NCBI RefSeq assembly: GCF_008831285.2
Contig: NC_045138.2
Location: 15,128,001-15,192,000, forward strand
Source of the DNA: Nymphaea colorata
Lineage: Eukaryota
Direction of reading: 5' to 3'
Length of the DNA: 64,000 nucleotides
Shown here: positions 49,069 to 63,529 of the stretch, piece after piece
Position numbering within the stretch: the stretch's first letter is position 1
How the letters are laid out: every line of letters begins with the position of its first letter
Notes under the pieces: model-generated
Told to the model about the DNA's origin: nothing
The model's database searches: none
The model's input: only the letters and a program-made list of their open reading frames with translations
Translations under genes and position numbers: made by a program

Positions 49069-49618
49069 CCTCAAATTAGTCAGCTACATTGAGCCGGTTT
49101 AGCTGAGCCGGGAAGAAGGTCAGGTTGGTCACGTGACTCAGATTCAATGGTCACATCATGTCATCCCCCAACGCCTGTCTCTCTTTCTCTCTCTAGATTT
49201 ACGAACGCACCAAAAAAGTTGGCCTGGCTCGCCCTGTCCCCTCTTTCATTAAGTAAGAGAGAGAAAGAGAAAGCGAATGACTTCATCGGTTCCTGTTTTC
49301 GGTTTCTAAGATCCAACCCGTTTCCCTCCTCGCGACCGCGTCTTCCACTTCAAGAATAAGGCTACCTAATTTCGTTCCCTTGGATGTCGAGCATTTCTGC
49401 GTCACTTTATAATCTGCTCTTAGTTGGCGGTTTGCCGATGGCGGGGCTTGATCGTGGGATTGATCGGAGGTTACCTTAAGACCTAAAAGGAGACGGAGTT
49501 TCCTCGGTTATGGCGCTCGCGTTATCCGTATGATAAAAGAGAGGACGCGCCCTTAAATTTCCCTCCAAACCCTACTTTGGTTCTCTCTCTTTGTTCTTCT
49601 GGTTTGTGGGGTCTGGGA

Positions 49619-51132
49619 ATGGCGGAGTTTCCTCCGAACGTGGAGGATGGGGAGCTTTGGCTTCCGTCCGACGTGTTTCCGGACGAGATCTACCGTCCGA
49701 GTCGACGGACAACTGCCAAATTGGAGCAGGAGCTCTCCCCGTGCGAACTTACGTCCTCCATGGAGGAGCTTGCCCACCAGCTTGCGTTTGCCATTCTCGA
49801 CGATGCTCACCACCACCAACAGCACATCCATGTTCCCGACCCCGTTCCCCACCTCGCTCCCTTCTCTCAGGTGTGCGTCTCCATCTCACACACACTCTCT
49901 CTCTCTCATCCGTGTTCTCCAGGATGTTCTCTTAGTTATGTTTCTTGTTAAACTTCAAGGTGTTGAAATGTTTTTCTCTCTCTCTCTCAGGTTGCCTTTG
50001 TTGTTAAGCTACCTAACCTCTCTTTATGTCTCTCTGTTCCAACTGTTTATTTTCTGTTTCTCTCTGCTCTGATGTTTGGTTTGACTCTTAACTCTCTCTC
50101 TCTCTCTCTCTCGGTTTAGGAGAAACCTCAAAGGGGCCTTCAGGGACATACGCGCCTCGGTTATTCCGGCTTTCAGGTGTGGGATTTGGGCAAGAAACCG
50201 CTTCAGGAAAGCGTCTCGAAGCCGGTCCTGAGTTCTGCTCAGCTTCTCGTCAAGCCGGCTCATAACCAGGTAGAAAATGTGGTCTCATCATTGCCTGTAC
50301 ATCCTTCGGTTGGCCATCTCTGTCTCTCTGTTTTGATTTGAGCCGGTCCTGTCTATGGTGTACAGGGCGTAGCGCTGGGTAGGTCCCGGAGCCAAAGCCG
50401 TGGGCTGCCCTTCCGAGTGGTGGGTTCGGGTGCGAGCGGCTTCATCAGGGAATCAGGCGGAACGGGCGTCTTCCTCCCTCGCGTCGCCCACTCCGACGCC
50501 GGCACTAAACGAAAGCCCTGTAGGTTCCGTTGTCTGCAATAATTCTTTCCGTAGTACGCTTTTTCTTATTTCCTTTCTGTCAAGGGGGTAAATATCTTTT
50601 ACCCTTGTTACTTGATTTTCAAGTAATGGTCAAAATATCTTCATTGATTATAATATGTTTTGAAGCTTATTATCTTGTTTTAAGTCATTAATTCAAAGAT
50701 TTGATTGATTTTAATGTTAGTTTGGTTCGTTCTTCTGAATGGAAGTTCTAGTTTTGTAAAATAGCATTTAGTGTGTTGGTCGCTTTCTCTGTTGAACCTG
50801 TAAAAGGTTGCTCGTATCATATATTTCTTTTATTATTCTGTGTATATCTTCGTCACTCTGTGATTCTGTGAACATGCTTTTTTCACGAGTCATGGGTCCC
50901 AAATTGCCAGAACTGTATTTGACTCATTCTGTTCTTTCCCCTTTCCGGGTATTTATCAGGCCTGAGGACTACGGAGGAGCAGCCTTCCGCAAGAAATGCA
51001 GGTGGTGGTGGAGGACGAGATTGGAGGCAACTTGGTGGCGATGTTAACTCCATCCAGAGTTCTCGCAGATACCAACACCACCTTCACCACCACCCTTCTG
51101 ATATCGCTCTTCCCTCTGAATGGACCTACTGA
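49619..51132 (+). CDS. Uncharacterised plant protein (so-called TIP41-like family with GTGVFLPR and LPxEWTY motifs), 4 exons, 242 aa
   Basis: Exons 49619-49870, 50120-50269, 50366-50519, 50960-51132; all GT-AG, 729 nt in frame. N-terminal EDGELWLPSD, internal ESGGTGVFLPR, terminal LPSEWTY*. Confidence 0.85.
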
Positions 51133-52259
51133 CTTCTTCTGCTCTGCTCTGCTTTGCTTTACTCCTCTGTAAAAGCATAATGTGGTTCCTTTTCACACCT
51201 TTTTTTCCCTCTTTTTTTTGGGGTTTCCATGAATAAGCTAGTGTTCGAGTGATGGGAAGTGGAGAAAAGAAGGAGAAAAGAACAGAGGCATTAACGGGAA
51301 ATAATGTAATTGATGTTTTAGTTGTACGGCTGTAGAAAAAAGCACGAAGAAAAAGTAGTCTAAACTTTGTAATAGGTCCGAAGCTCCTCCCCTCTACCTG
51401 TCATCTCTCTGTGTAGTGCTGTACTACTGTAAATATAATAAATGGTTTATTGCTTTCTTGGCCTTCATTTATAGCAGTTTGATTGTTTTTTGTGGTAAAA
51501 GATTCACGAGAGGAATGCTGTGTGGGTTGCGGACTGGGGATGGTTCGTATCCGTTCGGACTTTTTCCTTTTCTGAGAAAGAATTCATAGCGGGTGGGTGA
51601 CTTCATTTTGGGTTCTCACTTGTTTCTTCCATTTGTGCTTATGGGTTTGCTTCTGGTTAATGGAAATGGTTCAGGTGGAGTAAGAATGTAAGATTGGTGG
51701 GTGGTTCATTTTCGGATTCTTCTTCTGGGGATTGGTTTCTGCCCGAGTTTCCCTCTTCAATACTAAGGGGTTGAATTTTAAGTCGAGTAACCCTCTTGGT
51801 CTTTGAACTTGGAAGGTGTTCAACATGAACGTCTGGTCATGCCAGAGACTCGTAAGAGGGCCCTCTGATTCAATATAAGTTCATAAAAGCTTCGCTTAAT
51901 TGCTTGCATTGTGTATTAGATACCTTATAACTCAGCGTGAAACTTTTGACGATAATGAGTTTTTTGTTATTTTTTCAAAAGCTAACCTGTTACGAGGTAA
52001 AAGCTTATTGCTATTCCTAAGTTATTTGCTTTTAAAATCTTTTATGTGGTTTTTGATGAACAAGAATGTGAGAAACCTTCAAGGGCTAAAGCACTTGATA
52101 GGCCCAATCTAGTAGACAAAAACTCCTGCAGGGGGTTTGGCTATGGCATAGTAAGAACTCTGAGGCAAGTCACTTACTCTTTTTAGGTCTTCATTTCACG
52201 AGATGATATTTTTTTATTTGTGGTGGTCATGTCTCTTGACCGCATTATATAAATGGAAC

Positions 52260-52433
52260 AAACTCTGTGGGGATCCAATGAAGAAATAATGGGTGACCAA
52301 TTATATAAACATATGAAGCAATAGGAAACTCTGTGGTGACCCAATGAAAAAAATAATGGGTGACCAATTATGTAAACAATGGTGAAGCAGTAGGAGTGCG
52401 TTACCAAGCATAGAAGCAGTAGGAGTGCGTTAC
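52260..52433. repeat. Local tandem duplications (2 x about 66 bp plus 2 x 21 bp)
   Basis: AAACTCTGTGG...CCAATGAA.AAATAATGGGTGACCAATTAT.TAAACA at 52260 and 52326. GAAGCAGTAGGAGTGCGTTAC at 52384 and 52413. Confidence 0.85.
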
Positions 52434-55400
52434 AAACATTTTTTCCTATTTTCATGGTACCTTTTGAGCGCGTGATTATCTCGAAATTGGTAAATAAGCA
52501 GGTGGTGCTGCACTGAAATAATGTCAAGACTGAAATATTTATTATCAAGCCAACTATGTTTATATTCTCTGGGTGGGTGGAAGATTAATCAGGGTGAGTG
52601 CAGCCTCCCTTCATTTCCCTTGCCTTTAAGAGTATAGATGGTGAGCACATAGGACCCACCCCTTCACACCCGTTTATAGTTAAGGAACATAGCCCCTTCA
52701 TGAGTCGAACCATTGACGCACTGTATAAGAGCGCCCCAAGGTTGCCTATATCGAGTCATGTTTCAGAATTTAATTTGATTAATGTGGTACTTCAACAATG
52801 TTTATTTAGAAAAAGTAAAAGAACAATTTATTGCCATTGTTTTGTTCATTTTCCAAACCTTGTTGGCTTCAGCCCTAAGGGGCTTACCATAGCAGGTTGG
52901 GCAGGCCGTAGATGACGCATTGTTGATTCGATTCCGGTGGATGCTATTCCCGTAGACTTACTACAAACAGTTATATTGCAATACTCTAATTGGTGGGTAT
53001 ATCATACCCCACCCAAGTCTCGACACAATCCAAGTCCATGAGGGCAGTGAGAGCTCTCAGCAACCTTTGTTGTTTCCAACAGTACTGATAAGCCACCAAC
53101 TAGATGCTGCTGGTCCATGCAAGTATATAGTGTACTTAGACAAATTGCCATAAACTGATAAGCCTTTGCCTTGCCCTGGCTTGCGCTTGCCTTTTGAAAT
53201 TTAATCCACCAACACCACACTGGTCGATGCACAATAGTACTGAAAACATCTCATCCGTTTGCACTGCAGATATCAATGTCATTTATTTGATTCATTCCTT
53301 TGGAGATCAGTGGCATATATATATTTCATGGACTTAGTGAAGAGTCGGCGCTTTGTGAGAGATGCTCGGGAAGAGCCTGGATTTGAGCCTGTGCATGCCT
53401 TTGAAGCAAACAACCCAACCTCCATTCTGATCTAAGTGTGAATGTCTTTGAATCTCATGAGCCGAAGGGTTCTGTGTTTGAGACTTGTGAGAGAACGTCA
53501 CAAGAGGCTGAGTAAACTTATTGACGCCCACCACTTTCATCGTCTCCTGAGATAGTACTGGTAAGTGTTAGTTGTGCTATTATGTAAACTGATATAATGT
53601 TACAATATGAACCAATAGAACGTTACCATTTGTGTTTCTGTTACGAGATGGAAACTGATATTTACAACACTGGTGGTAATACTAAGAAAAAAAGTCATGT
53701 AAATTATGCATGAAAACTACATATTGGGTTTCAGTTTCCTTCCATTCCACTCTCTCAGTTCAAAGAGTAGATGCTAACTGCAGTTCATCTAACTCTTTGA
53801 TTATATCACGGAAAAAAGACGGGGGCCATCTTGGAGATAAGCAATTAATAAAGCCATGTCTTTGATTTCATGTTCATCATATGGGCGTATAAGCCAAATC
53901 TGTCGGACCGTCACTGGCCTTTCTGAATTATGAAATCAAGCCATTTGGAGTTGGTTGAGAATTGACGAGGTTCAAAATTTTTTGTCCGATCAAATTTGGT
54001 TATGACTTTTGAAATCTGGATGTGGTTTCGACTTGAAAGACAAACCTTCACGAGATTCTCTCTTCCCAATGAAAGTAATTCTCATGAGAATCAGCAGTCA
54101 TGAACTTCACCTTGTGGCTATGTCTACCACTTAATGACACTACGAATCATCCTTCACTTAGTTCTTAGTGCTCTCAAGTACAATGTGAGGCTTGGGAATG
54201 AAGCTAGATGTTAGAGAAAAAATGCTATATTGCATGATTTGTATTACTATAAGTTTGAGCAATCTTTCTGTACATTTCCTTTCATCAGAAAATATACATG
54301 TACAACGTTTTTTTTTTTTGGTCAATTTATAACTGATTCACTAGTTTCTGATTTTAAAAACACTGCCTCATAAGGGATTGTGGTTGAGGCTCACATAGGA
54401 GTTCACATTTCTAAGCGAAGACCGGCCGGCGATTAAGTAGTCTGATCTTTAGAAGGTTTCTCAAACTGAACCCACCTAACCCACATCTGAGTTCCTCGCC
54501 ATTAATGGTGTGAAAACTTCAAGTCCACCTTGGGCCACTAATAAGTTTGCCTACCCATGAAGCCTTGATATCAGGGACCAAAGGGCGCCACTCACTCCTC
54601 TACAAACCTTGAACCTGGCCAAGGTGAACAACTCATGTTTGGGTCATACAGGTTCATAGGGGAGCAACCACAATCCATCTCCACGGCAAATAGATCCTGA
54701 TCTGGATTTGAATGCGGTCTGCATGAGATTCAGATCACAATCTAAACTTATCTCCTGTTTGCTATATATGTATCTTGAGAGAAGAGAGATAAACTTTGCC
54801 TGTTGCTCTCTTTTCTCACCAAGTTTCAGTAAGTCATCATCTCCCGTCGCTGTTATATCTTGCATTTGGGTGTTGCTTGCTGTGCAGTTTCAGAGCACTT
54901 GTCCGGATTCAGTACATTTGTTCATGTGCCTTCAGAAGCTGCTCAGATCCAACAAGGCAGCCATCATGAATCTGCTGGTTGGGAGGGTGACAATGGAAAA
55001 GCCATCCCGGCCAGGTGGTGGCCAAGTTTGCCTCTACATGGGGATGTAAATGGATTAAACGGATCCGATCACCAACTGATTAAGGGGATGTGATCTTCAG
55101 ATCATGAACTTGAACTCTAATTATGGATTTGGATATTAAAGTTTGGATCAAACCAGATTGGGATTTGAACTTAAACTCACAGGAAAACCAATTGGCAGCT
55201 GTCAATCATGCATTTGCAGCAATTCAGGAGGTCCCAATATTGTGATATTTCTGACACTGTTTAGCTTTTTATCTTTCAGAGAAAGTTCTGGCATGCCCAG
55301 TTTTGATGTTGGATGGAAATGGTATTGGGTAGACATTGGAACTCATATGGCAGTGGGCAGTGTAGATTCCCCAACTTCATATTGTCCCTTTGGATTTAGA

Positions 55401-55503
55401 GCACTGCCCACAAGAATTTGCTGCAATTCCACTGTTTTGACAGAGATGTTGGAGAAGGAAAGATGAGAAGATCTCGAATGGTAGACTGAATCGCCGAATT
55501 AAA

Positions 55504-55686
55504 GAGGCCATTTATTGTGCAGCAGTGTTGCATGTTGAAGTTGCAGCAGCTTCACATTTACTGCCCGTGTTCTCCATGCTCACAGGGATGGCGTTGTGCT
55601 CGCAAGCTAAAATGGCCATATGGAAGATTTTTCATGTGTGAAGCTGCAGCTTAGACGTACAGCGCCATTGCATAATAAATGGCCTC
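55504..55686. mobile_element. Foldback element with about 50-bp imperfect TIRs (Mutator-like MITE candidate)
   Basis: GAGGCCATTTATTGTGCA...GCAGCTTCACA at left pairs with TGTGAAGCTGC...TGCATAATAAATGGCCTC at right (17/18 at the ends, mostly transitions inside). Flanks CGAATTAAA / GAAATTGAA could be a decayed 9-bp TSD. Confidence 0.65.
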
Positions 55687-58600
55687 GAAATTGAAGAAAA
55701 CCATATCGAGAAAAAACAAGGTTTCTGTAATTTTTTGAATTCCTTTTAATTCTTGAATTTCAGTGTTTTGATTTCTTTCATTTAACCGCCTAAATTATAA
55801 CTTAAGCATGTTTTTTTTTCTGTTATAACATTGGAATTCATTAGCGCAGATGCAAAAGATAAATGAAGTAAATAAAAGAACATGATGAACAGTTTTTTTT
55901 TAAGATTAAGAGAACAAGAGTTGGTAAGCGCAATTCCTCTTGGAGATCTTGAAAATGGCAAGTACAACTAGCTGTACTTTGCGTTTGTCACATTAGATTA
56001 CTTCCTGCCACTAAGAAAACCAGTTATCTTCAAAAGAAGGTTGGTGCAAAGGATGAGGCAGGATGGTAGGGGCCTGTCCCTATTTTAAATTTTTATAACC
56101 TCAACTTCATGCATGGTAAAAGGAAGCATTGATATGCATGTCGAAGCAATATTACGAATATCATTCTGAGACACCGAAAGCAGGTCTGGTACATTGAACC
56201 CCTTAGAACCATCTACGTGCCTTAATATTCTCAATTCAGAGAGAGAGAGTATTTTGATATCAAGGGGCAGATTTCCAAGTTTTTTGGATTTTGGCATCAA
56301 TACAAGGTCGGTGGCCCAAAAGAATTGGCGTTTTCAATAACAACATACAAAGTAAGATTCGCCCCAATTGTAGAATGGAAATTCTGTGAACGCTCTCGCC
56401 TTCTAAAGGGTTAACAAAGACATGTTTCAATTTTTATAATGTTATTTCTACCACCTGAATTACATATGAAAAAAGTGGTTACATGAAAAGAGATTCATGG
56501 CTATGTATTTTCTTGTTATACCATAAAACCTTGAGCGTGTTTTCGCATAATTTTCAATATAAAACTAAGACCGTGATTCCAAAAGTGGCCAAAAAATTTG
56601 AAAATCTCAAGATTGGTATGTCCTATATTCACACGGGGAAAAGATCTTGAATTCTTGATGATATTGGCATATTGCTAGATCTTCCTCAGTCTTTGCTGAC
56701 TATCAGTACCTGATATTATGTCAAATTATCGATATGTAAATCCATCCTTCCTTTGTTGCGATCGATAAAAATATTCCTCAGATTCACACTCTTAGGGCGA
56801 CCCACTCTTTTGTCACTTTAACCATGGTTAGCAACTTACCATGAGTATTTTAATCACCAGAAAAGTTCATGTTACTCCTCTTTTCTAAGAGCGGCAAGTA
56901 AACACACATGAAATTGGATTTTACCGACATAATCAACAACAATGATATGCAAAAACTATGAGATGAGTTAAGAGACATTGCTGCCCACCCATGACTATAC
57001 GTCCACTTAATTTTCTCTCTCTAAAAGTTTGCTTTGCCTTATGCAAGAGATGGACTGATCATATGCAACTATTCATTACTAAAAAAATGATAGAGAAAAC
57101 AAAAGTGCTGACCACTAGCTAGCAACTCCTACATTATTGAAACTTTGCTCAATGAAAGAAGGGGAGAAAGCGACTTATTTTCCATTGAAAAAGAAATCCA
57201 AGAACCAGCTGATCTGCCGTTTCTAGCGAGCACGAGGAGTTTTTCATTCCACCGCCCTGAACAAGAACCGGTGATCGGCTCTTATAAGATCATTGGTACA
57301 AGTGACACATGATCATCATAATAAAACTCAATCTAAAAGCTCGATTGAATTTAAGAAGAATAAAACTCTTTTTAGAAGAATAAAACTACAACTTTTCCTA
57401 TTTTACTTATTGACATTAACAAACATTCACTACATCCAAAGAAAGTATGTACAAGAACTTCGAATTTCATCTTTTCTTCTAACATGGTAACCTGCCACTC
57501 ATTGCCAATTACGCAGAGCAGAGCGCATCCATGATCCATCGCCATCTAATTAGGGACCCAATATCGAGACAAGACGTGTTTTCCCACTTTTCTAGAATCA
57601 TCATCAACCTTGAAAACGTAACAAATTTCATGAGCTCCAGCGAGTCCTGGTGCAGAAAGCACTACCAAACATTTTTAAATATGAGGATCATGAACACCTA
57701 CCATCGAATGCTTGAGATATAAATATGAGGGGGAGAGTTCAGTTTAAATTGATGGGGAAACCCGTTCCTTACGGTATGGAATCAAACATTTTTTTAGTAT
57801 CAAGCATGCCAACTGCATCAATGTGGACATGGAGGTCAAAGTGGTTGGCGTGGTGGGAGCGGTTCTGGCCCCTCTTGCCAGGTTCTTAAATTCAGCTGTT
57901 TGTTTGAATAACGGTCCCACGTAACACTAAATTCAAATAGACATCGCATTTGAAATATGAGGCTATCAAGCACACAAATTTCAAATCCAAATAGCATTTA
58001 AGATCCGAGACTATGAAATACACTTTATATAAGAAAGAAAAAAGGAACCCTCTTTAGATAAAATTTCATTTCACATTCTCTTTTAAGGGCAGTGACTAAT
58101 TTTACCTTCAAAGTTCAAAAACTATCCTACCGGAACTTATCCACCTAGGTGCTTATATATCAGTCGAGCTTTGGAAAAATGAGATTAATTTAACCAAATA
58201 GGAGAGCCACGAGTATCACTTTGGAAAATTTTCACGAAAAAAAGTACTGCAGAAATGTCGTCACATGTTCAAATAGCGAAACGGTAAACGACTAAGCTTG
58301 AAAAGTGAGTGACAGTAGGTTTGAGTTGGATCTGACGTTTGAGGTCAGGCCCTCCTTCTAATTCAACTTCAAGACGAGGATTCAGGCATGTATTTTGGAT
58401 CTCAAATCTTCATTTTTATATAAGGACGAGATTTGATGTATGATTACTTTGTGGGCTCACGCAAAGAGAAATAAAAATCAACCATGAATATGAAATCCTG
58501 CAGTGAAATCTATGGTTCATCAAACTAAGGATTTTATGCCAAACGTAAGATCCACACTTAAAATTATTATTTTGCATTTTTGTATTGAAGGTCGGATTTA

Positions 58601-59215
58601 AGATCGGGGGCTAGTCATATTGTCAACACATCATCTTAAAATATTTGAAATTAGAAAAGACTGTGTGTTTTTCATTTGGCACAGGCTTTGTTTGCACTTT
58701 ATAGAGCGTTTGATAGGAAGGACGAGTGTGTTCTTGTTTTAGGGAACATAAGATGATTATAAATGTTCCCATACGCTTGGCAAAATGAGACAATATGGCG
58801 CTCTTAAAGTATTTCTTGTAGGAACACATGTTCCAATAACTCAGTGTCCTTCCTATCAAACGGTCTCTTTTAAGTTTCTTTGTAGTGCATTCCGGATTTA
58901 AAGCACAACTGCCAGCGTTCGATGAAGGTTTATCTGACGGGTGGCGTCAGTAAGTAGTCCGGTTCTTACCAGGTCCCTAATTCTAAAGAAGAAAAAAGAA
59001 AGAAAAATTTTTTGCACATGAATATTTCAAAACTAGAAGGCCGATTTTCTTATGCAAATGAAATTTTCTCACCGTACGTCTCCATCAACCTTCGTTCCCG
59101 TGGCAGATAAGTTTGTTCTCTTTCTAATTATGTCACATGCATCTGCCATTTAGGTCCAATGTTAGGGAAACATGAGACCAACATCCAGACACATCACGTG
59201 AAACATTTACTATAT

Positions 59216-59250
<35 letters not shown>

Positions 59251-59319
59251 ATCTTGTTCTCACGAGTAATAGAAGAAAAAAGAGGGGTTGATTACAAAAT
59301 TTCTGCTCTGATATCTTAA

Positions 59320-59488
59320 GGGAGTGTTTGATTATTCCAGATTTGAAATCCACATATCTCAAGTTTTACTTTTTTTTTCATTGAGAAAAGGTCGAATTTA
59401 AGTTAAGAAGGGAGATGACCTAACCTTACCTTAAATCCATGGTTTTTAAATCCTGATGATTTCGAATCCAAGGCTGTCAAATGCCCTC
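59320..59488. mobile_element. Tourist/PIF-Harbinger-like MITE
   Basis: TAA|GGGAGTGTTTGAT ... GTCAAATGCCCTC|TAA: TAA target duplication on both sides and imperfect 13-bp TIRs of the GGGnnnGTTTG type. Confidence 0.5.
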
Positions 59489-62400
59489 TAATTCTCACAA
59501 GTCAAAAACTCATCAATTCCCTGTTTGCATCTGTGACTTTCCTCGTGGGATGGGAGATGTTAGAAGATGATGAGCTGGAAGGAAAATGTTCTTCCTTTGT
59601 AGGCAGCAACCGAAATAAACACAAAAGGCCGAAGGCCAGAATAATTTAAGATGGTCGTTGTGGGGACTCTGATTTGCTCACCTACTTAACTTTTTCCAAT
59701 TCAAACCCGAAAATTATATCTCATCTAACTTTCTAATGTGGCCAAATATCAGTATGGCAGCGAATCAATTATAAAATGATACAGAGCACCAGGCTGTAGG
59801 CTATAACTAATCAAGATTAAATCATTTTTAAAAAAATTTAGATATTAATTTAAAGTTTTAGAAAATAAGAAAAATTCCAAAAATTTCATCAACGTGTCAC
59901 CTCTCAATAGAATAATATGAATAATACAAGCTAATTTTCACTGTGCTTCTCCATCTTGATAGAGGTTGCAGATGTCATTAGACTTTATTTTATTCATGAC
60001 AATCAGGATACCAATAATGGAGATTTATTTATTGAATACAATACCTAATTTTGATAGAAACACCTTTGTGTAAGCAAAAGATTGGAGAAACCTTTTGCAT
60101 GGCCCAATCCCCCATCTATTGATTAGTGAAACATGACTCCTCTACCAACCATTAATGTGAACAACTGTACCAGAGCAGCATCTTTCTTGGCAACCCAAAT
60201 CCAGAAGGAAGCCAACAACAATTTATGTTCCATGTTGCTTATTAAATGCCTTAACATCATTTCAGAACAAGCAAATATATACAAGTAGAAAATCCCAATT
60301 TGGCTTGAGTAACAGAAAAGATTCTCTGGAAATCCTTTAAGATCCAGAAAATTACTGTAGTTGAACTATTTTAAGAACCTCATAACAAAGCGAATACATC
60401 AAAAAGCTCTACTTGACTGTAGATCTTTAGGTCTGATATGTGATCCTTGATCTCGAAAATTTTCAGACTTTGAGATTCAGAAATTCATGGCAACAAGATC
60501 TTCCTTCCTTGATATTAGCTCACACTTTTTGACAAATATTGGAACGTAGATCTTAGATCTGATATGCAATATCTTGATTTCAGGGACAAGTTTCTTGTCA
60601 AAGCAGTAAAGCTGTGTCAAATTGTTTTCATCAATCTAAGTGTCACGAGCTTAAGTCTACTTGGCCCGCGCGGCGTCGAAGGGTTACCAAGCCTTCAGCC
60701 AGCCTTGAGACGAGGAGTACTAGGCACTCGGTACACTATCATCTAGGATTATCTCACAGTAGGTCATCGGCAAGCCATACCCATGAGGCGTTGTTAGAAC
60801 ATCGTCATTCCTCTAACTGTCTATCTACTTTCATGTGAAATCTGGGTGGAAGTAGACTTCCCTTGAGATGAAGTCTCTACTCTACCCAAAGCCAGTTGTC
60901 AACTAAGTCTTTAGACTTGGATGTAGTTTCTTTGAATTTTTTTTTTAAAAAAAAAAACTTACCAAAACTGCACTCAAACTAGGACCCAGCAGCAAGTAGG
61001 TCAGACCTAACCGGGTTTAACCAACGGTTGGCTGGGAAAAGAAGGAAAGAAAAGGACAAAGCTGGCCTGGTCAGTGCCTAGTGAAGAATGGTTTAGTTTA
61101 GGTCAGAGTTCAAATTTTAAGGCGATTAAAAAGGGTGGCACATGGGGACAGGGGTGCCCTAGAATGTGGCTCATGAGTGAGGAGCACATGGACGCTCTGG
61201 TTGTATGTCCTCCTCCTCCTTGGTGCTATTATGGAGAGTGGCAGAAGCCTTCCCCCCTCTCACAAGGTGGGTCCCCAACCCACCATCCCCATGGCTCCAG
61301 TTACCTGACAATCGGATCCGGGTTTCATTTTATAGACAAATGAGATTCTTTACTGGATCAGAATAGTGATATCTATTTTATCAAGCCTTAATTATACTAA
61401 AATTGGGTTAAATCAACATAATTACGGGTGAAATGCATGATCAAAGAAATTGTTCGGTTTGGATTCGAAGCAAATTTTATGCTGTCCAACTCAAACTGAA
61501 TCATTTGCATCTCAAATGGTTGATTCGATTTGTGGCTCATTTATATCATACTTATCGAGATAAGAAACGGATGTGAAGCGTGATATAAAAGCCCAATAGG
61601 AAAAATCAATGCTACAAGATGCTACTATATAGCAAGGAACAATATACTGCCCATGAAATGATACTATAGTCCAAAAAGCACACAAGGAAACAACAAAAGT
61701 GGAAGTAAAGTCACAATTTCAAATGAATTGAAACAACTATAGAAACTATGGATACAGTATTTATTGTTGCATAAATATCATAAGTGTTGTAAATATAAAA
61801 CCATTAATACAAAAGATTTTGAATCACAATTAAAGTCAAAACAAAATAAGTAGAAACGTAAGGAAATAACTAAGAACGTGAGGTTTTTCATCACCCAATA
61901 ATCCAACTACCCAAGTTTGTTATTCACTTATTCTTGCTAATGGTGTTTGCAAAAACAAGTAAAGTCGTTAGTCCCGAAGCATCCGTTACGAGTCTCTTTC
62001 TTTAAGTTTTCAACAATTTTAATTTACTGCTGATTTGTGCATTTAATATAATCCCAAGTCGATTCTTATAATTAAGCGCCTACACCAGCCGTTTTTCTTT
62101 TTAATTATTCATCTGATTATTTCATTACAAACAAGAGTTGTTGGCAACAAGAGATTTGCGAAATATGCTGAAGTAAAAATTAAGAACTCACTTTGTGTCT
62201 CTGACATGTTCTCGTATACCATCTTCAATTATTTGTAGTTGGAAAAAGAAAAAATTCATATGAACTAAAAAATATTATGAAAATGAGATTTATTTCCATA
62301 TGCCATAGATGCAAGGTTTAGTAAGCATGGATTTGATGTTTACAGATTTTGGAGGTTCATTTCGTCAATAGTTAGAAATGGTAGAGCTTGGCTGGAGTAA

Positions 62401-63529
62401 AGCGTGGTTTTACTTTTGGGGAATGGAGGGATTCCACTTGGGTGTTGCAGTGTGATGGAAGCGTCGGGGGAGAGAGAGAGAGAGAGAGAGCAGCTGGAAC
62501 TGTCGGCGTCCGAGGCCCGTCAGAAGGTGCCATTAAAACTGCACATGCCAACAACTCCTCTCTCTCGCACTCTCTGTTACTGAGGAGAGACAGTGATCTG
62601 CCTTTCAGTCTCTGATCGAGCCATTGCTCACGTCCCAGCTGCTGAGCACGAGCGGAAGCAGCGGTCCTCACTCTTTCGATCGACGTGGCCGGCGGGGAGC
62701 TCAAGTGAAGAGAGAAGACCGTCTGCCGGGGAGACGGAGGGAGGAGAGGCTCGAGTGCTTCGTTGCTTTTGGAAGTAAAGGATCGGAGAAATGCGAGCGG
62801 ACTAGATTGGCATTTGTTCTTCGTCGTTTCCGCCGTAATGGGATTGCTTTACGGGAGGGAATTCGTTGCTTTGCGCGGCTTTTGTTCGTTGTTTGTGCTT
62901 TCACGGTGATGAGATTCCGTTGTGGGAGGGAATTTGATTCGTTCTGGGTTTGTCGTTGCGGGAGGTTGAGTTTTAAGAGGGGAGCTTTGAAGAGTTCGAG
63001 AGGTTCTGAGGTGGTTTGCGGTTCCCGGGCGAGGGGTTGGTGTTTCTGCGGGGCGCTGGCCGGAGGTGCTCACATTGCGCCGATTTGGACTATGATCGCT
63101 TCAGTTACGGAATTTCGCTGCCCGTGATCAAGCTTGCTTGCGCCTCATTGGAGAAATTTGGAGTTAAAGTGAGGATTCTTTCGGCGTAATTAAATATCTC
63201 ACTATAAGTGAAACCTTGTGAACTCAAAGCATCATGAGAAGGAGATTTGCTTCTATCCTACAGATTCAAGTGGTTCAGGCAGGAATCGGCGTTCCTGTCA
63301 AGAATTTCTAACATTATTTGGCGTGTTTTGGATGGATTTGCATTAGGAATCGGCGCTTTCATCGTGGAATTGTATCATACGTCCATTTTTCGTAGTAAAT
63401 TGTGGGTTCAAACGTTTCGCAACTCCAGCTTGCTCACTGAGAACTTAAAGACTATCCTGCTTTGTCATCCTCATTTCGGTAGGAATTCATCGTCGATTTT
63501 GATTACCGGCTTTCTCGTGGATCGGCATC

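Noticed and set aside
49438..49533. Two tiny ATG ORFs upstream of the TIP41-like gene as uORFs
   Set aside because: They lie upstream of the likely TATA-like element (about 49553) and CT-rich leader, so probably outside the transcript.
55638..55660. TGAAGCTGCAGC resembles the 5' part of miR167
   Set aside because: Only the first 9 nt match exactly, the 3' half differs, and it lies on the 3' arm of a TIR-like foldback rather than the 5' arm of a MIR167 hairpin.
62372..63127. ORFs of 110-167 aa upstream of the NEK kinase
   Set aside because: Overlapping ORFs on both strands of GC-rich promoter, 5' leader or intron sequence, with no recognisable protein features.
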